Shown here: one piece after another, positions 39,873-49,910 of the stretch
Layout of the letters: each line of letters begins with the position of its first letter
Numbering within the stretch: position 1 is the first letter of the stretch
DNA from: a virus
Length of the DNA: 64,000 nucleotides
Virus record (IMG/VR): IMGVR_UViG_3300023184_008808
Span: 1-64,000 of that record
Strand: one strand, 5' to 3'
Notes under the pieces: model-generated
Told to the model about the DNA's origin: nothing
What the model saw: only the letters and a program-made list of their open reading frames with translations
The model's database searches: none
Position numbers and translations under genes: made by a program

Positions 39873-39901
39873 TCTACAATCAAACAAAACTGTGGTATGA
39901 T
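39873..39901 (+). promoter_or_regulatory. sigma70-like promoter upstream of clpS
   Basis: TCTACA-17-TATGAT with an extended TG. Confidence 0.55.
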
Positions 39902-39976
39902 ATACTTGCAGATGGCATGAGGCCCTTAATTAGCAATATAAAAATTTAATCAAATCCACACGGAGTTGTATGGGCC

Positions 39977-40288
39977 ATGAATACTGCAACAATTGAAGAA
40001 ACTGAAACAATAGTAAAAAAACAACCACCTTACAATCTTATTCTTTTAAATGATGATGATCATACGGAAAGTTATGTAATTAGTATGTGCATGAAGCTTT
40101 TTGGATATTCCAAAACAAAAGGTAAAAATATTGCCCTAGAGGTTCATAATACTGGTCGTTCAATCATATACACTGGATCATTTGAAGTTGTGGAATTAAA
40201 ACAAGAGCAAGTTCATTCTTTTGGTCGAGATATATTTGTCATGCGTTGTAAGGGAAGCATGACAGCAGTTATTGAAAAAGTTGTTTAA
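39977..40288 (+). CDS. clpS: Clp protease adaptor ClpS
   Basis: PPYNLILLNDDDHT, EVHNTGR. Confidence 0.92.
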   Translation: MNTATIEETETIVKKQPPYNLILLNDDDHTESYVISMCMKLFGYSKTKGKNIALEVHNTGRSIIYTGSFEVVELKQEQVHSFGRDIFVMRCKGSMTAVIEKVV

Positions 40289-40395
40289 ATGCGTCTAAAT
40301 AACGAATTTATAATTCTTATTTATTGAAAATTTTATGTTTTGATTCTGAAAAACTAATCTTATAATAGCATATTGATCTTTATTGAAGAGGCAGT

Positions 40396-40638
40396 ATGAT
40401 TTATTCAAAGTTAGTTGAAGCATTCACCATGTTTATTGGTGCAATTATAGTGCTTCTTATTTGTTTTGGTCTCTTTGGATGGCTTATTCAAATTTTGTGG
40501 AATGAGTGTCTTGTTCCAGCAGTCTCTATTTGTCAGCCAATTTCATTCTTTCAATCCATTGGTTTGATTTGCTTGTTGCACCTATTGACAAAACTTGCAT
40601 ATTTAGATTTGAAAAATCAACCTAAGAAAGAAGAGTGA
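40396..40638 (+). CDS. membrane protein
   Basis: Two TMs; LWN...P...ISFFQSIGL. Confidence 0.7.
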   Translation: MIYSKLVEAFTMFIGAIIVLLICFGLFGWLIQILWNECLVPAVSICQPISFFQSIGLICLLHLLTKLAYLDLKNQPKKEE

Positions 40639-40760
40639 TGTATATTTTTTTAAATTCAAATGTTTTTTTTATGCATCTTTTGATTATTGCAGGTCTTGTT
40701 TTTTTTTGCTCTTTAATTATTTGGATTATTGATTTGTTTCAAAAACATGAAGAAGATTAA
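40638..40760 (+). CDS. small TM protein (40 aa)
   Basis: TGATG coupling; hydrophobic stretch; manual call. Confidence 0.4.
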   Translation: MYIFLNSNVFFMHLLIIAGLVFFCSLIIWIIDLFQKHEED

Positions 40761-40910
40761 ATTATATGCAATCAATTGTTAAAAAAGCATATAATTTAAA
40801 GATGAATGAGATAATAAAATATAAATAGCTATTTTATATGATTAAAAATAAAAGTCTTTTGAACCTCAAATCAAATCCTAAAAACCTTAAATCTTGCTCT
40901 ATATAAATTT

Positions 40911-41348
40911 ATGAATCGTCTTCATAAATTTATTGAATATGCATCGCTAAGAGACTCTGAATCTCAAGATTTAGTCTTTGAAGATTTTAGATCAAAAACA
41001 CCTCTGTACCCTATGGGATACGGGGGCATTGGTCTTTATCCGTTATCTTGGTTTATTCCTTATTCTGCAGATGCAATTCTTTATATAACTCAAGATGAGC
41101 GTTTGTATTGCAATGGTGATGGGCCTCCTTTTGATATTAGGCACATACCCGGTCATGAGCAATACGGAGACAAAATAAATAATGGCGAAAAAAAGCCTTT
41201 TGATATTACAGACCTACCGGGCAAACCAGTAAAGCCTAAAGGCACACCTCTTCCCGGCGTTGTCAAACCTTATACTAATTTTGTTAAACTTGTAACTAAT
41301 GTACGCTCATATATTGATAAGAAAAAGTGGAAAATGCCACCTGCATAA
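40911..41348 (+). CDS. hypothetical protein with a capsid-targeting-like N-terminus
   Basis: MNRLHKFIEY; TATATA 5 nt upstream. Confidence 0.7.
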   Translation: MNRLHKFIEYASLRDSESQDLVFEDFRSKTPLYPMGYGGIGLYPLSWFIPYSADAILYITQDERLYCNGDGPPFDIRHIPGHEQYGDKINNGEKKPFDITDLPGKPVKPKGTPLPGVVKPYTNFVKLVTNVRSYIDKKKWKMPPA

Positions 41349-41379
41349 ATGAAAAATTATGGTTGTAATTGGAGTTTTT

Positions 41380-43143
41380 ATGTTTAATTTTATTGATTTT
41401 CTGCATGAGCGTGATGACAATCTTTATATGAATTTTTTTGATATAATTATTGAACGCTCTGAATCAGAAATTGAAAATATTCAACCAAAAGATGGGCATT
41501 GGAAGAAGATTCAATCGGGCTTTGGTGAATATGTTTTCAATGTTGAAGGTGACGATTGTGTAATCTATGGCGTAAAGAATGACCCTTGTTATAAAGTTAC
41601 CATTTCAGGCAATGATAATGATCACAACTATGGTGTAAGTATTGCTTTTACTCGTGGAAGCAGTTATTCTGATTATCGTGGAGAATTTGGTTCTAAGGTA
41701 TTTGATGGTGTTCATAAGGCGATTTATGAATATATCAAGCAAAATAAGCCAATAGCTTTAAATTGGTCACCAATATCACGCACTTCTGTAAATCCTGTAA
41801 CTGGTGCAATTACAAATCCAGAAGCTCGTTCTAAAGCTTATGAAATTTGGTCGATAAAATCTTTATTCCCAGAAAAATATGTTTCTTTTAAGCCTAATCT
41901 TTGGATTAGTAGAGAACTATATGACAAGTTTTATGTGCCCCAAGGATTTCCAGCAGTTCCCAAAGATTTAACTTCCGAATCTACTCCGGGAAATAAGAAT
42001 AAATTTCTTAAAAAGATGCGTGAGGAACATAATAATCCTGAAAATCGTCAAGCCAGAGTTCGAGCTTCTGATGCTGTTGATCAATATAGGGCAACTCGTG
42101 AGCGAGAAGAAGCAGAAAGACAGCGTCAAGAAGAGCAACGGCGGTTAGATCAAATGATTAGTGATCCTAATCATAATCCAAATAATTTAGCAGTTGGCTC
42201 AAATGTTTATCTTGATATTGATGAAAATAATTATCGCACTAAAAGTTTAAATAGTAATTTCTATACTTCTTATGAACTTAGAAATCATAAAAATTATTTT
42301 GAAGATTACAACAGTGACAAATGTAAAATATTAAATTTCAAAATTAAAAAATTTGATGATAAGTTTTTTTTGGTTTCTACAATTAAATTTGCAGCAAATT
42401 TAAATGATAACTATGAATTTGATGTTTTAGTTGGAGATTTAAAAAAATATAGTTCAGAACATGAAGAAGAGTTTAAACTCAAAGCTAAAGAAGAGTTGCA
42501 AAAATTTATTGATGATGCGAGATACAATCCTAACAATTTTAAAGTTGGTTCAAAAGTTATTATGCAGCAACATGCAATGGCAGGTTTTGTTCAGCCTTTG
42601 TTGGGTGCAGTTGGTACGATAGAAAAAATATCATTTGATTATGATAGAGATTATTTATACGCAGATATTATTTGGAATTCTGATGAATCATTAACTGACA
42701 TTGCTCGTCGAACAATTTCTCAATTTCCTAAAGCAACCAAAATGAATATTTCTCAGGGAAGACTTCTATTGGCTACACCACAAAACATTGAAAAATTAAA
42801 AAACGATATTGAACAAAAAGATCAACAACTTCAAGTACGGCGTCAAGAAGAAGAAGAGCGTCGTCGTCGTCAAGAAGAAGAGGAAAAGCGTCGTCGGGAA
42901 GAAGAAGAACGCTTTCAGCAACGCTCTGCTACTCGTGCAGAACGAGGAGCTCAAATAGATACTCTTGGTTTTTCTGTTGGTCAACAGGTTACTGTGACGG
43001 CTGGGCCTCATGCTGGCAAGAGTGGTCAAATTCGTGAATTTAGAAGAATGGAAACAACATCTGGATCTCCATCAACTGTAGCTATAATAATAAGTAACAA
43101 TACTCCATTTATTGTTAACACTAGACTTCTAAGGGCTAATTAA
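41380..43143 (+). CDS. multidomain protein with E/R-rich helices and KOW/SH3-like repeats
   Basis: MFNFIDFLHE; NPNN.xVGS.V twice; C-terminal FSVGQQVTVTAGPHAGKSGQI. Confidence 0.75.
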   Translation: MFNFIDFLHERDDNLYMNFFDIIIERSESEIENIQPKDGHWKKIQSGFGEYVFNVEGDDCVIYGVKNDPCYKVTISGNDNDHNYGVSIAFTRGSSYSDYRGEFGSKVFDGVHKAIYEYIKQNKPIALNWSPISRTSVNPVTGAITNPEARSKAYEIWSIKSLFPEKYVSFKPNLWISRELYDKFYVPQGFPAVPKDLTSESTPGNKNKFLKKMREEHNNPENRQARVRASDAVDQYRATREREEAERQRQEEQRRLDQMISDPNHNPNNLAVGSNVYLDIDENNYRTKSLNSNFYTSYELRNHKNYFEDYNSDKCKILNFKIKKFDDKFFLVSTIKFAANLNDNYEFDVLVGDLKKYSSEHEEEFKLKAKEELQKFIDDARYNPNNFKVGSKVIMQQHAMAGFVQPLLGAVGTIEKISFDYDRDYLYADIIWNSDESLTDIARRTISQFPKATKMNISQGRLLLATPQNIEKLKNDIEQKDQQLQVRRQEEEERRRRQEEEEKRRREEEERFQQRSATRAERGAQIDTLGFSVGQQVTVTAGPHAGKSGQIREFRRMETTSGSPSTVAIIISNNTPFIVNTRLLRAN

Positions 43144-43160
43144 AATTTGGAGATTTTTCT

Positions 43161-43913
43161 TTGAACAGACCTTTGCTTATATTGAGCATGCCAAATTGTG
43201 GTTCAGACTGGCTTGTATCTACTATTCAGAAAAGCAATCTAGATTTAATTTATAATAGAGAATTTTTCAATCCAGCCGTTAATATTCAACACAGAGATGT
43301 TATTAAGCAAGCATTTGGTAGTGAGTATGTTGGCAATTATAAAAATATAGCACATTTTGATTATGAATCTTGTGACAAGGTTTTTAAACAAACTTGGGAA
43401 AAGACAAATTTTAATTTTACAAAAGAAAATTATTCAGCGTTTAAGATTCCTTATTTTTTTGATAAATTCTTTTGTTTTGCTTTTATTCGAGATGTTAGAC
43501 AATCTCTTCCGGGATCTCGTACCATACAAGTTTCTTCTTGGTATGATGCAATTTATCAATCTATGTTGTGTAATTTAGATAGTTTGTCCGATTGGATTAA
43601 AGATGCCATAAAAAAATTCACAAGTGAAAATCGTTCAACTTATGAAGAAAATGTGTTTGCTTTTTTGTTGTATCAAAAAATATTAGTTGAAATGTGCAAA
43701 GTTCATGGAATCACCGTTATAGAGTACAAAAATCTCATGCAATTTGATCGTGATAAATTAACTGACTATTTAAAGATTTTTGAAAATTATCTCAATGTTA
43801 AATCATGGGTTAATCATATAGTTAGCAGTCGAAAAAATCATAGACGGAATTTTAATTCAACTAATGGTGAATGGATTTTACAAAAATTTTCTGATTTAAA
43901 GTGTGGAACATGA
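43161..43913 (+). CDS. sulfotransferase-like P-loop protein
   Basis: LILSMPNCGSDWL...EFFNP, IEYKNL. Confidence 0.55.
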   Translation: MNRPLLILSMPNCGSDWLVSTIQKSNLDLIYNREFFNPAVNIQHRDVIKQAFGSEYVGNYKNIAHFDYESCDKVFKQTWEKTNFNFTKENYSAFKIPYFFDKFFCFAFIRDVRQSLPGSRTIQVSSWYDAIYQSMLCNLDSLSDWIKDAIKKFTSENRSTYEENVFAFLLYQKILVEMCKVHGITVIEYKNLMQFDRDKLTDYLKIFENYLNVKSWVNHIVSSRKNHRRNFNSTNGEWILQKFSDLKCGT

Positions 43914-44314
43914 GCGTAAAGCAAGTTATTGTGTGGCGACATGATTTAAATTGTCGAATGGGTAAAAAAATGGCACAGGCTGGACATGCAGCTTTGGCTG
44001 ATTTTTTTTCTAGCTTTCAAAATCATGTTGATGCTTATGGAAATGTTTCATTTCAAATGACCGCAGAGCAATTTGAATGGTATCTTAATAATCGAAAAAA
44101 GATAGTTCTTAGGGTTGATAGTGAATCAGATTTATTGCTTCTAAAGCAACGAGGCGAAGAAATGGGGCTTCCTGTTTATTTGATCACAGACGATGGTTTG
44201 ACCGAATGGGAAAATCCTACCAATACTTGTTTAGCTATTGGGCCTGCCAATGAAGCTGCAATAGATTTATTGACTGGAGAAAACGGACCCTTAGGAAAAT
44301 TAAAACTATTATAG
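43910..44314 (+). CDS. pth2: peptidyl-tRNA hydrolase, Pth2 family
   Basis: KQVIV.R.DL, GKKMAQAGHA, KKIVL, D.GLTE, TCLAIGP. Confidence 0.92.
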   Translation: MSVKQVIVWRHDLNCRMGKKMAQAGHAALADFFSSFQNHVDAYGNVSFQMTAEQFEWYLNNRKKIVLRVDSESDLLLLKQRGEEMGLPVYLITDDGLTEWENPTNTCLAIGPANEAAIDLLTGENGPLGKLKLL

Positions 44315-44324
44315 GAATGCTTAT

Positions 44325-44822
44325 ATGTATTTTTATTTCCCGCAAATGTTAAAAGCTGATCAATGTGATATGTTGAATCAGTTTGCTTTTGAAAAATTGA
44401 AAAACAACCAGATGGAATGTGAGTCTCAAAAAGAATGTCTTGGTAGATCATATGGAATTGGAGGCTTGCCTCCATTCGAAGGACTTCTTCATCAATTAAC
44501 ACCAATCATAGAAAACGCAACAGGCATTAAGGGATTAGAGGCTCAAAACTCTTTTGTAAGATTTTATTTTAATGGTGGAAAAATGCTCCGCCATGTAGAT
44601 CGTGCAGGTTTAGATATAACATTGTCTCTTTGCACTTATAGTAACATTGAAAAGCCATGGCCTTTATATTTTGAGGTTGATGGAAAAATTGCTTCAGTGA
44701 ATACTCAGGTAGGAGATGGAGTTATGATAGCTGGTACTAAAATGCATCACTGGCGTGATGATTTGATTTGCAATGAAGATCAGTTTGTTATTCAATCTTT
44801 TTATCACTGGCGCATACCTTAA
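44325..44822 (+). CDS. 2OG-Fe(II) oxygenase
   Basis: RHVDR, WPLY, GDG, HWR. Confidence 0.8.
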   Translation: MYFYFPQMLKADQCDMLNQFAFEKLKNNQMECESQKECLGRSYGIGGLPPFEGLLHQLTPIIENATGIKGLEAQNSFVRFYFNGGKMLRHVDRAGLDITLSLCTYSNIEKPWPLYFEVDGKIASVNTQVGDGVMIAGTKMHHWRDDLICNEDQFVIQSFYHWRIP

Positions 44823-44883
44823 TACGGTAAAAAAGCTTGTAATACTCCTGACATAAATCAATAAATATGTCAATGGAGGTTTT

Positions 44884-45495
44884 GTGATAGCTAACCGTAA
44901 AGTGCTCGTTCTCAATAAATCGTGGCAACCGGTTTCGGTTGTCACATTAGAAAAAGCCCTTTCTAAATTGCTTGCAACATATTCAGATGGCACGCCTAAA
45001 GCCAAAATAATTGATGCTGTTCATGATTTTGCTAATTACACTTGGGAAGATTGGAGTAAATTAAAGCCATCTGAAAATGAATTAAAAATTCGTACAGTAA
45101 CTGCAGTCTTTCGAGTTCCTGAAATTATACAATATACAAAATACAATCGTCCTCCAATGCATCGAGTGAGCTATAACCGTCGAACAATATATCGTCGTGA
45201 CAATTATACATGTCAATATTGTGGTAAATCTAAGAATACGAATGAAATATCTCTTGATCATGTTATTCCAAGATGTCAAGGTGGTTTAACATGTTGGGAA
45301 AATATTGTTGTAGCGTGTACTGATTGCAATTCTCGCAAAGCAGGTCGAACCCCAGAGCAAGCAAGAATGAAGCTGCTCAAAAAGCCTATTCGTCCAAAAT
45401 ACAATTTTTTAATTGAAGATATAAGGGTTGATAGTTGGCAAACTTTTATAGGCGAAGCTTATTGGAATTGTGAATTAGAAAACGATATGGACTAG
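44884..45495 (+). CDS. HNH endonuclease
   Basis: RDNYTCQYCG, DHVIPR, CTDCNSRK. Confidence 0.92.
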   Translation: MIANRKVLVLNKSWQPVSVVTLEKALSKLLATYSDGTPKAKIIDAVHDFANYTWEDWSKLKPSENELKIRTVTAVFRVPEIIQYTKYNRPPMHRVSYNRRTIYRRDNYTCQYCGKSKNTNEISLDHVIPRCQGGLTCWENIVVACTDCNSRKAGRTPEQARMKLLKKPIRPKYNFLIEDIRVDSWQTFIGEAYWNCELENDMD

Positions 45496-45587
45496 ATTAT
45501 TTTAACATTTTAGATTATATTCTTTAAGTTGTTTGTTTTTATTTTTAAAACGCAATTGGCGTTTGGCAACTTTTTGGATATTTGATC

Positions 45588-46760
45588 ATGACATCTTTTA
45601 TCACGATTGCAGCATCTTTGGTTGGATTATTTGCTTTCGTTCGTTACATCATTCTTGTTGAGGTGCGTGTTGATAGTAATACATACAAAATGATTTATGA
45701 TTATTTTTTAAATGAATCTAAATTTATTGTTACCGAAGAATTCACAACAAAAGTGCGTCATCCAATTCAATATACAATAATTAGCATGTCTAAAAAAGCA
45801 CCGTGGTTTTATCTTAGTCATAACGAGCGTTTAATGCAAGCTGGTTGGCAATCTAAAGATTTTGTAACTGTTATTACATGTATGCGTTGGAACTATAACA
45901 CTTTAAGGCATTTTCTTAATGTTACTTTGAAAGAAATTGCTCTTGCCACAAATGGCGTTCCTGTTCAAATTTTATTGCCCTATCATGCTGATAAAATTGG
46001 TGCTCTTAAGAATCAAGCTCCAGAACCTATTGTTGATTCTTTTTTGTGGAAAGATATTGATGAAGAGGTTTCTCAAGTGGTTGCTGGAAAACGACAAAAA
46101 ACTGGAGCTTTGTTGTATGGCCCTCCGGGAAATGGAAAGACCAGTTTGGTTAAGTATCTTTGTACTAAATATCGATTGCCGATCATGATTTTTACTTTAG
46201 ATCCTCAATGGAACAATCATGATTTGCTTTTAGTTTTTTCTAACATTCCTCCAAATTGCATAGTTTTAATGGAAGACTTTGACAATTATTTCAAAGGCCG
46301 AGAATGTCTTTTTGGTGGTTCAGAAAAGAACATGGTGCGTTTCACTTATGATGTTATTTTGAATGGACTAGATGGTGTTTTTAACTCATACGAAGGTGTA
46401 ATCTTCATCATGACAGTTAACAACATTGATCATGTTGATGCGGCACTTAAGGATCGCCCTAGTCGTTTTAAATATACAAAGAACTTTGGCAATCCTTCGT
46501 TGGAAGTGAGAAGAAAATTACTGAATGGAGATTGGGCAGATAAATCAGAAGGTCTTAATCTTGATCAAATATTTCGCTTGCAAGAATATCAACGAGATGG
46601 CCACAGCTTTGTTGAATCCATGCGTAGATTAGAGCAAGAGTTAACTCCGCTTATTGAGCAAAAAGCTAAAAGCATTTATGAAAAAAGACTTTCTTTAGGT
46701 ATTGATGGCACAGCAAATGAAGATTGGGTTAATGCTGAAAAAGAACTCACATTAAAGTAA
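45588..46760 (+). CDS. membrane-anchored AAA+ ATPase with a DUF2934-like C-terminus
   Basis: N-terminal TM; GPPGNGKT, MEDFD, RPSRF; EDWVNAEKEL. Confidence 0.85.
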   Translation: MTSFITIAASLVGLFAFVRYIILVEVRVDSNTYKMIYDYFLNESKFIVTEEFTTKVRHPIQYTIISMSKKAPWFYLSHNERLMQAGWQSKDFVTVITCMRWNYNTLRHFLNVTLKEIALATNGVPVQILLPYHADKIGALKNQAPEPIVDSFLWKDIDEEVSQVVAGKRQKTGALLYGPPGNGKTSLVKYLCTKYRLPIMIFTLDPQWNNHDLLLVFSNIPPNCIVLMEDFDNYFKGRECLFGGSEKNMVRFTYDVILNGLDGVFNSYEGVIFIMTVNNIDHVDAALKDRPSRFKYTKNFGNPSLEVRRKLLNGDWADKSEGLNLDQIFRLQEYQRDGHSFVESMRRLEQELTPLIEQKAKSIYEKRLSLGIDGTANEDWVNAEKELTLK

Positions 46761-47655
46761 AGTCTATTGATTCAATTTCAAGAAGTGATTTCGGAAAAGA
46801 ATCACCATTTGCAAATTCTGGATTTGTGCTTTTCATCCATTTCTCTTTGATGCGCTTTTGAATTGTTGGATTTTGAATGAAGAAGAATTCTACATCACGC
46901 TTATTTATGTTTTCTCTAAGAATGCTAAGTCCTGCATCGGCAAAAAGTTTTTTATATGATTGAATTGGGTCAAAAAGTTTTTGCACTGGTTGAGTTTTTA
47001 TGCCCATTTTGAGCAATTCTTCTTCATTAAATACAAGATGTATAAATGCTTTGTTGAGATCTTTATAAGCATGTGCTCCATTGCGACTACACCAAGGGTG
47101 ACAACGCACAAAAACTCTTCCGCTTTCACTTTTTATTGATTTAATTTTATTGAAGTTAATATTTTCACAATGATCAATCACATCATTTAAAATGATGACA
47201 TCATATGGCCCCATGTCAATCACATCTTGCCAATTGGTTGTATATTTTAAACAATCCATTTTTTCAAAATCATTCCATTTATTATCTTTAAGATCAAATC
47301 CAATTGCCATTTGAGGAAAGAAAAGATTCGCTATAACAAATGGCAAATACCCAGAGCCAGTTCCAAAATCTAAAACTTTTTTATCTATAATATCAGATGT
47401 AACAAGAGTGCTGATAATATTGGAAGCTTGATTTACTTTATCTTCAAAGCTATTTTGGTTAATAAAATCAGCATCAACGGCTTCTGGCCAATCTTTTGAT
47501 TTGCAAAGAATTCTAAGTTCTGTTATTTCTCGTAATCTATCCTCTTCGTTTTCAGGATTTTTTTGAAACACTCCTTTAGTTTCAGCTAAATTTTTCATAA
47601 AAGCAAGCATGCTTTCAAGCTGAGAGATAAAGGTGTTTATTGTTTTGATTTCCAT
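46747..47655 (-). CDS. class I SAM methyltransferase
   Basis: VLDFGTGSG, YDVIILNDVIDH. Confidence 0.85.
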   Translation of the reverse strand: MEIKTINTFISQLESMLAFMKNLAETKGVFQKNPENEEDRLREITELRILCKSKDWPEAVDADFINQNSFEDKVNQASNIISTLVTSDIIDKKVLDFGTGSGYLPFVIANLFFPQMAIGFDLKDNKWNDFEKMDCLKYTTNWQDVIDMGPYDVIILNDVIDHCENINFNKIKSIKSESGRVFVRCHPWCSRNGAHAYKDLNKAFIHLVFNEEELLKMGIKTQPVQKLFDPIQSYKKLFADAGLSILRENINKRDVEFFFIQNPTIQKRIKEKWMKSTNPEFANGDSFPKSLLEIESIDFTLM

Positions 47656-47715
47656 GTTTTTGTTCTCTGTTACTTATCTTAAATTATAGTTTGTTTAATA
47701 TGAATCGGGGTAGTT

Positions 47716-48246
47716 GTGGAAGATTTTCGTATTTCTTCGCCTTTTGTGTTGTCTGTTGTTTTTGATCTTACATCTCAACGAGAAGCAGGCGGTAAAAAGT
47801 ATTTTGATATAATCGTTCAAAAACTTAGGGAATTTACCACAAATGGCTCACAAAACATTGTTTATGTAGCGCATCCAGATAATAAAATGCCTCGAAATGC
47901 TTCGGAAAGTCATGCTCAATTGATTCAATATGTTGAGCCAGTTTCTAGGTCAATGAGAGATGAAATCAGGAGAGCAGTAACTACTATTGGTGAATATTCA
48001 GATGATGTTCGCAAACGAGTTATTTTTTTTACAGATAGATATAAATCTACTATGAGTTCACAGTTTTTGTCTGGTTTTTTGGAGAACAAAGGAAGACACT
48101 ATGATTGTGATATCATTCTTTGTGCAGTGGGAAATTATGCTGATTACAAAAATTTAGAATCTTTGGCTTCTAAAAATGATGCAAAAGCAATAAAAGTCGT
48201 CACTGAAGAGCAAATCATCAATTTTTTAAAGAGGCTTGAAGACTAA
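47716..48246 (+). CDS. vWA-like protein (degenerate MIDAS)
   Basis: VVFDLTS, VIFFTD, AVG, LESLA. Confidence 0.5.
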   Translation: MEDFRISSPFVLSVVFDLTSQREAGGKKYFDIIVQKLREFTTNGSQNIVYVAHPDNKMPRNASESHAQLIQYVEPVSRSMRDEIRRAVTTIGEYSDDVRKRVIFFTDRYKSTMSSQFLSGFLENKGRHYDCDIILCAVGNYADYKNLESLASKNDAKAIKVVTEEQIINFLKRLED

Positions 48247-49025
48247 TGGCAGATATAGTAGCAATAAATCGAACTGTAGTTGCAGACAGTTTTAATATGC
48301 AGCCTGTTGAAATTATCATCCCTTTTTATAATCAGTCTACTAAAGTGGTGAATTTGATTCAGGATATTTTTTTGACTGTTCAGCGGAATCGTTATTTGAT
48401 AACTTTGGTTGATGATGGATCTAAAAATCCAGATTTTATTAAGCAGTTAGAAGAAAAGAAAATTCCCGGTCTTCGCTTTATCATTCATGAAAAAAATAGT
48501 GGTTTTGGTGCCGCTGTTAACAATGCTTTAAGATATCCTTTTAGTGATAATATAAACTGGGTTTGCATACTTCATTCTGATGTGCGAATTAGTGATGCTA
48601 ATTGGCTTTACAATCTTGGCACTTCGATGAATAAATTAAAAAGTAAAGGTGTAAAAATGATAGCACCTTTAACAAACAACCCGGTTGTAGACAATCCATT
48701 GTTGAAAGCAGATAAGGCAACTTATAAGGATGATATTATTTTGACTGAAGGATTTTTACCATTTTACTGTGTTTTTGCTCATAGACAATTGTTTAACACT
48801 GTTGGTTTATTGCCCGAATACCCATATGCAGGTGTGGAGGTCGAAGTTTATGCTAAGGCCATGAAGGAAAAGGGTTTTTTTCAAGCTGTTTGTAATTCTA
48901 GTTGGGTTCAGCATGAGGGTCGTGGAACACTTAAACATTTAGATAACAATAAAAAGGTGCAAGAAATATTGCGAAAAGTAAAAGAGTCTAAGCTTGAAAA
49001 GCCTGAAAATAAAGCACAAGAATAG
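48246..49025 (+). CDS. GT2 glycosyltransferase
   Basis: IIIPFYN, LVDDGS, NSGFGAAVN, LHSD. Confidence 0.85.
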   Translation: MADIVAINRTVVADSFNMQPVEIIIPFYNQSTKVVNLIQDIFLTVQRNRYLITLVDDGSKNPDFIKQLEEKKIPGLRFIIHEKNSGFGAAVNNALRYPFSDNINWVCILHSDVRISDANWLYNLGTSMNKLKSKGVKMIAPLTNNPVVDNPLLKADKATYKDDIILTEGFLPFYCVFAHRQLFNTVGLLPEYPYAGVEVEVYAKAMKEKGFFQAVCNSSWVQHEGRGTLKHLDNNKKVQEILRKVKESKLEKPENKAQE

Positions 49026-49063
49026 TATATAATATGAGTTAAGCTTATAAAGGAGACACTCTC

Positions 49064-49219
49064 ATGCGCTGCAAAAAAGATGACGGAACATATACAATGA
49101 CTACTTGGAAATATTTCACAGCCCAATGTACTCGCAATCAACAGGCTTTAGGCATTTGCTCCGGTACTTCAGGTGCTTTTGTACCTGCAATTACCGTTTG
49201 TCTTCAAAGACTGTTCTAA
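49064..49219 (+). CDS. 51-aa Cys-containing protein
   Basis: Manual call MRCKKDDG...; SD AAGGAG; TATATA upstream; terminator downstream. Confidence 0.65.
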   Translation: MRCKKDDGTYTMTTWKYFTAQCTRNQQALGICSGTSGAFVPAITVCLQRLF

Positions 49220-49247
49220 TATAGAATAAAATGCCCCAATTACCTAG

Positions 49248-49278
49248 ACGACCTACTTTAAAGTAGGTCGTTTTTTTT
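49248..49278 (+). terminator. intrinsic terminator
   Basis: ACGACCTACTT/AAGTAGGTCGT followed by a T-run. Confidence 0.8.
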
Positions 49279-49393
49279 GTTTCTAGTTGATCTTGATTTT
49301 GTTTTATTTTTAGATTAGGGTTTGCTATCTTTTGGTTTGCTTGACCAAAATTGCTTTTTTCATTTTAAATCATCAAGCGAAAGGATTTGTAAG

Positions 49394-49591
49394 ATGTTGC
49401 TTTTAAAGCGCAGAATCGATCAAAGCATTATGGTGGGGGATATGAAAGTTACCGTTATAAAGATAACTCAGAACGAAGTCATGTTGGGAATTGATGGTGA
49501 TAGACGAGTAATTGTTCATCGTAAAGAAATTTACGATAAAATTCAAAAGGAAAACAATGTCAAAACCGAGAAGTTGCCCGCACTGTCATGA
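49394..49591 (+). CDS. csrA: carbon storage regulator CsrA (copy 1)
   Basis: MLLLKRRIDQSIMVG...V.LGI...VHRKEIY. Confidence 0.88.
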   Translation: MLLLKRRIDQSIMVGDMKVTVIKITQNEVMLGIDGDRRVIVHRKEIYDKIQKENNVKTEKLPALS

Positions 49592-49910
49592 AATTTTACC
49601 AATCAGCAATGGCTTTACTTTTGACCATACATTGAACCTAGTTTGTTCCTCTTGTAGCAAAGTTGTTTATCAAGCTCAACAGGTGTCAATCTCAAGGAAT
49701 GAGGGTTTAAATAGTGATTTCAATAATAACGCAGATATACAACTATCTGAACAAGGAGCTTTTTGCAGGGAGTTTGTCCTCACCTCAAATTCAATATCGA
49801 ATGAATCGCAAATATGCGATGCGGTGGGAGAGCGAGACGAACATCTTGCACATAGGGGCCGATTTCATCGATTTAAATCTTATAAACACTGGAATCTTCT
49901 TAATCCATGA
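49557..49910 (+). CDS. zinc-ribbon protein
   Basis: CPHC...CSSC; SD AAGGA; 3' part overlaps the next gene. Confidence 0.55.
   Translation: MSKPRSCPHCHEILPISNGFTFDHTLNLVCSSCSKVVYQAQQVSISRNEGLNSDFNNNADIQLSEQGAFCREFVLTSNSISNESQICDAVGERDEHLAHRGRFHRFKSYKHWNLLNP

Noticed and set aside
44884-45495. HNH gene as part of an intron or mobile element
   Set aside because: Free-standing with its own SD; no interrupted gene or flanking repeats seen.
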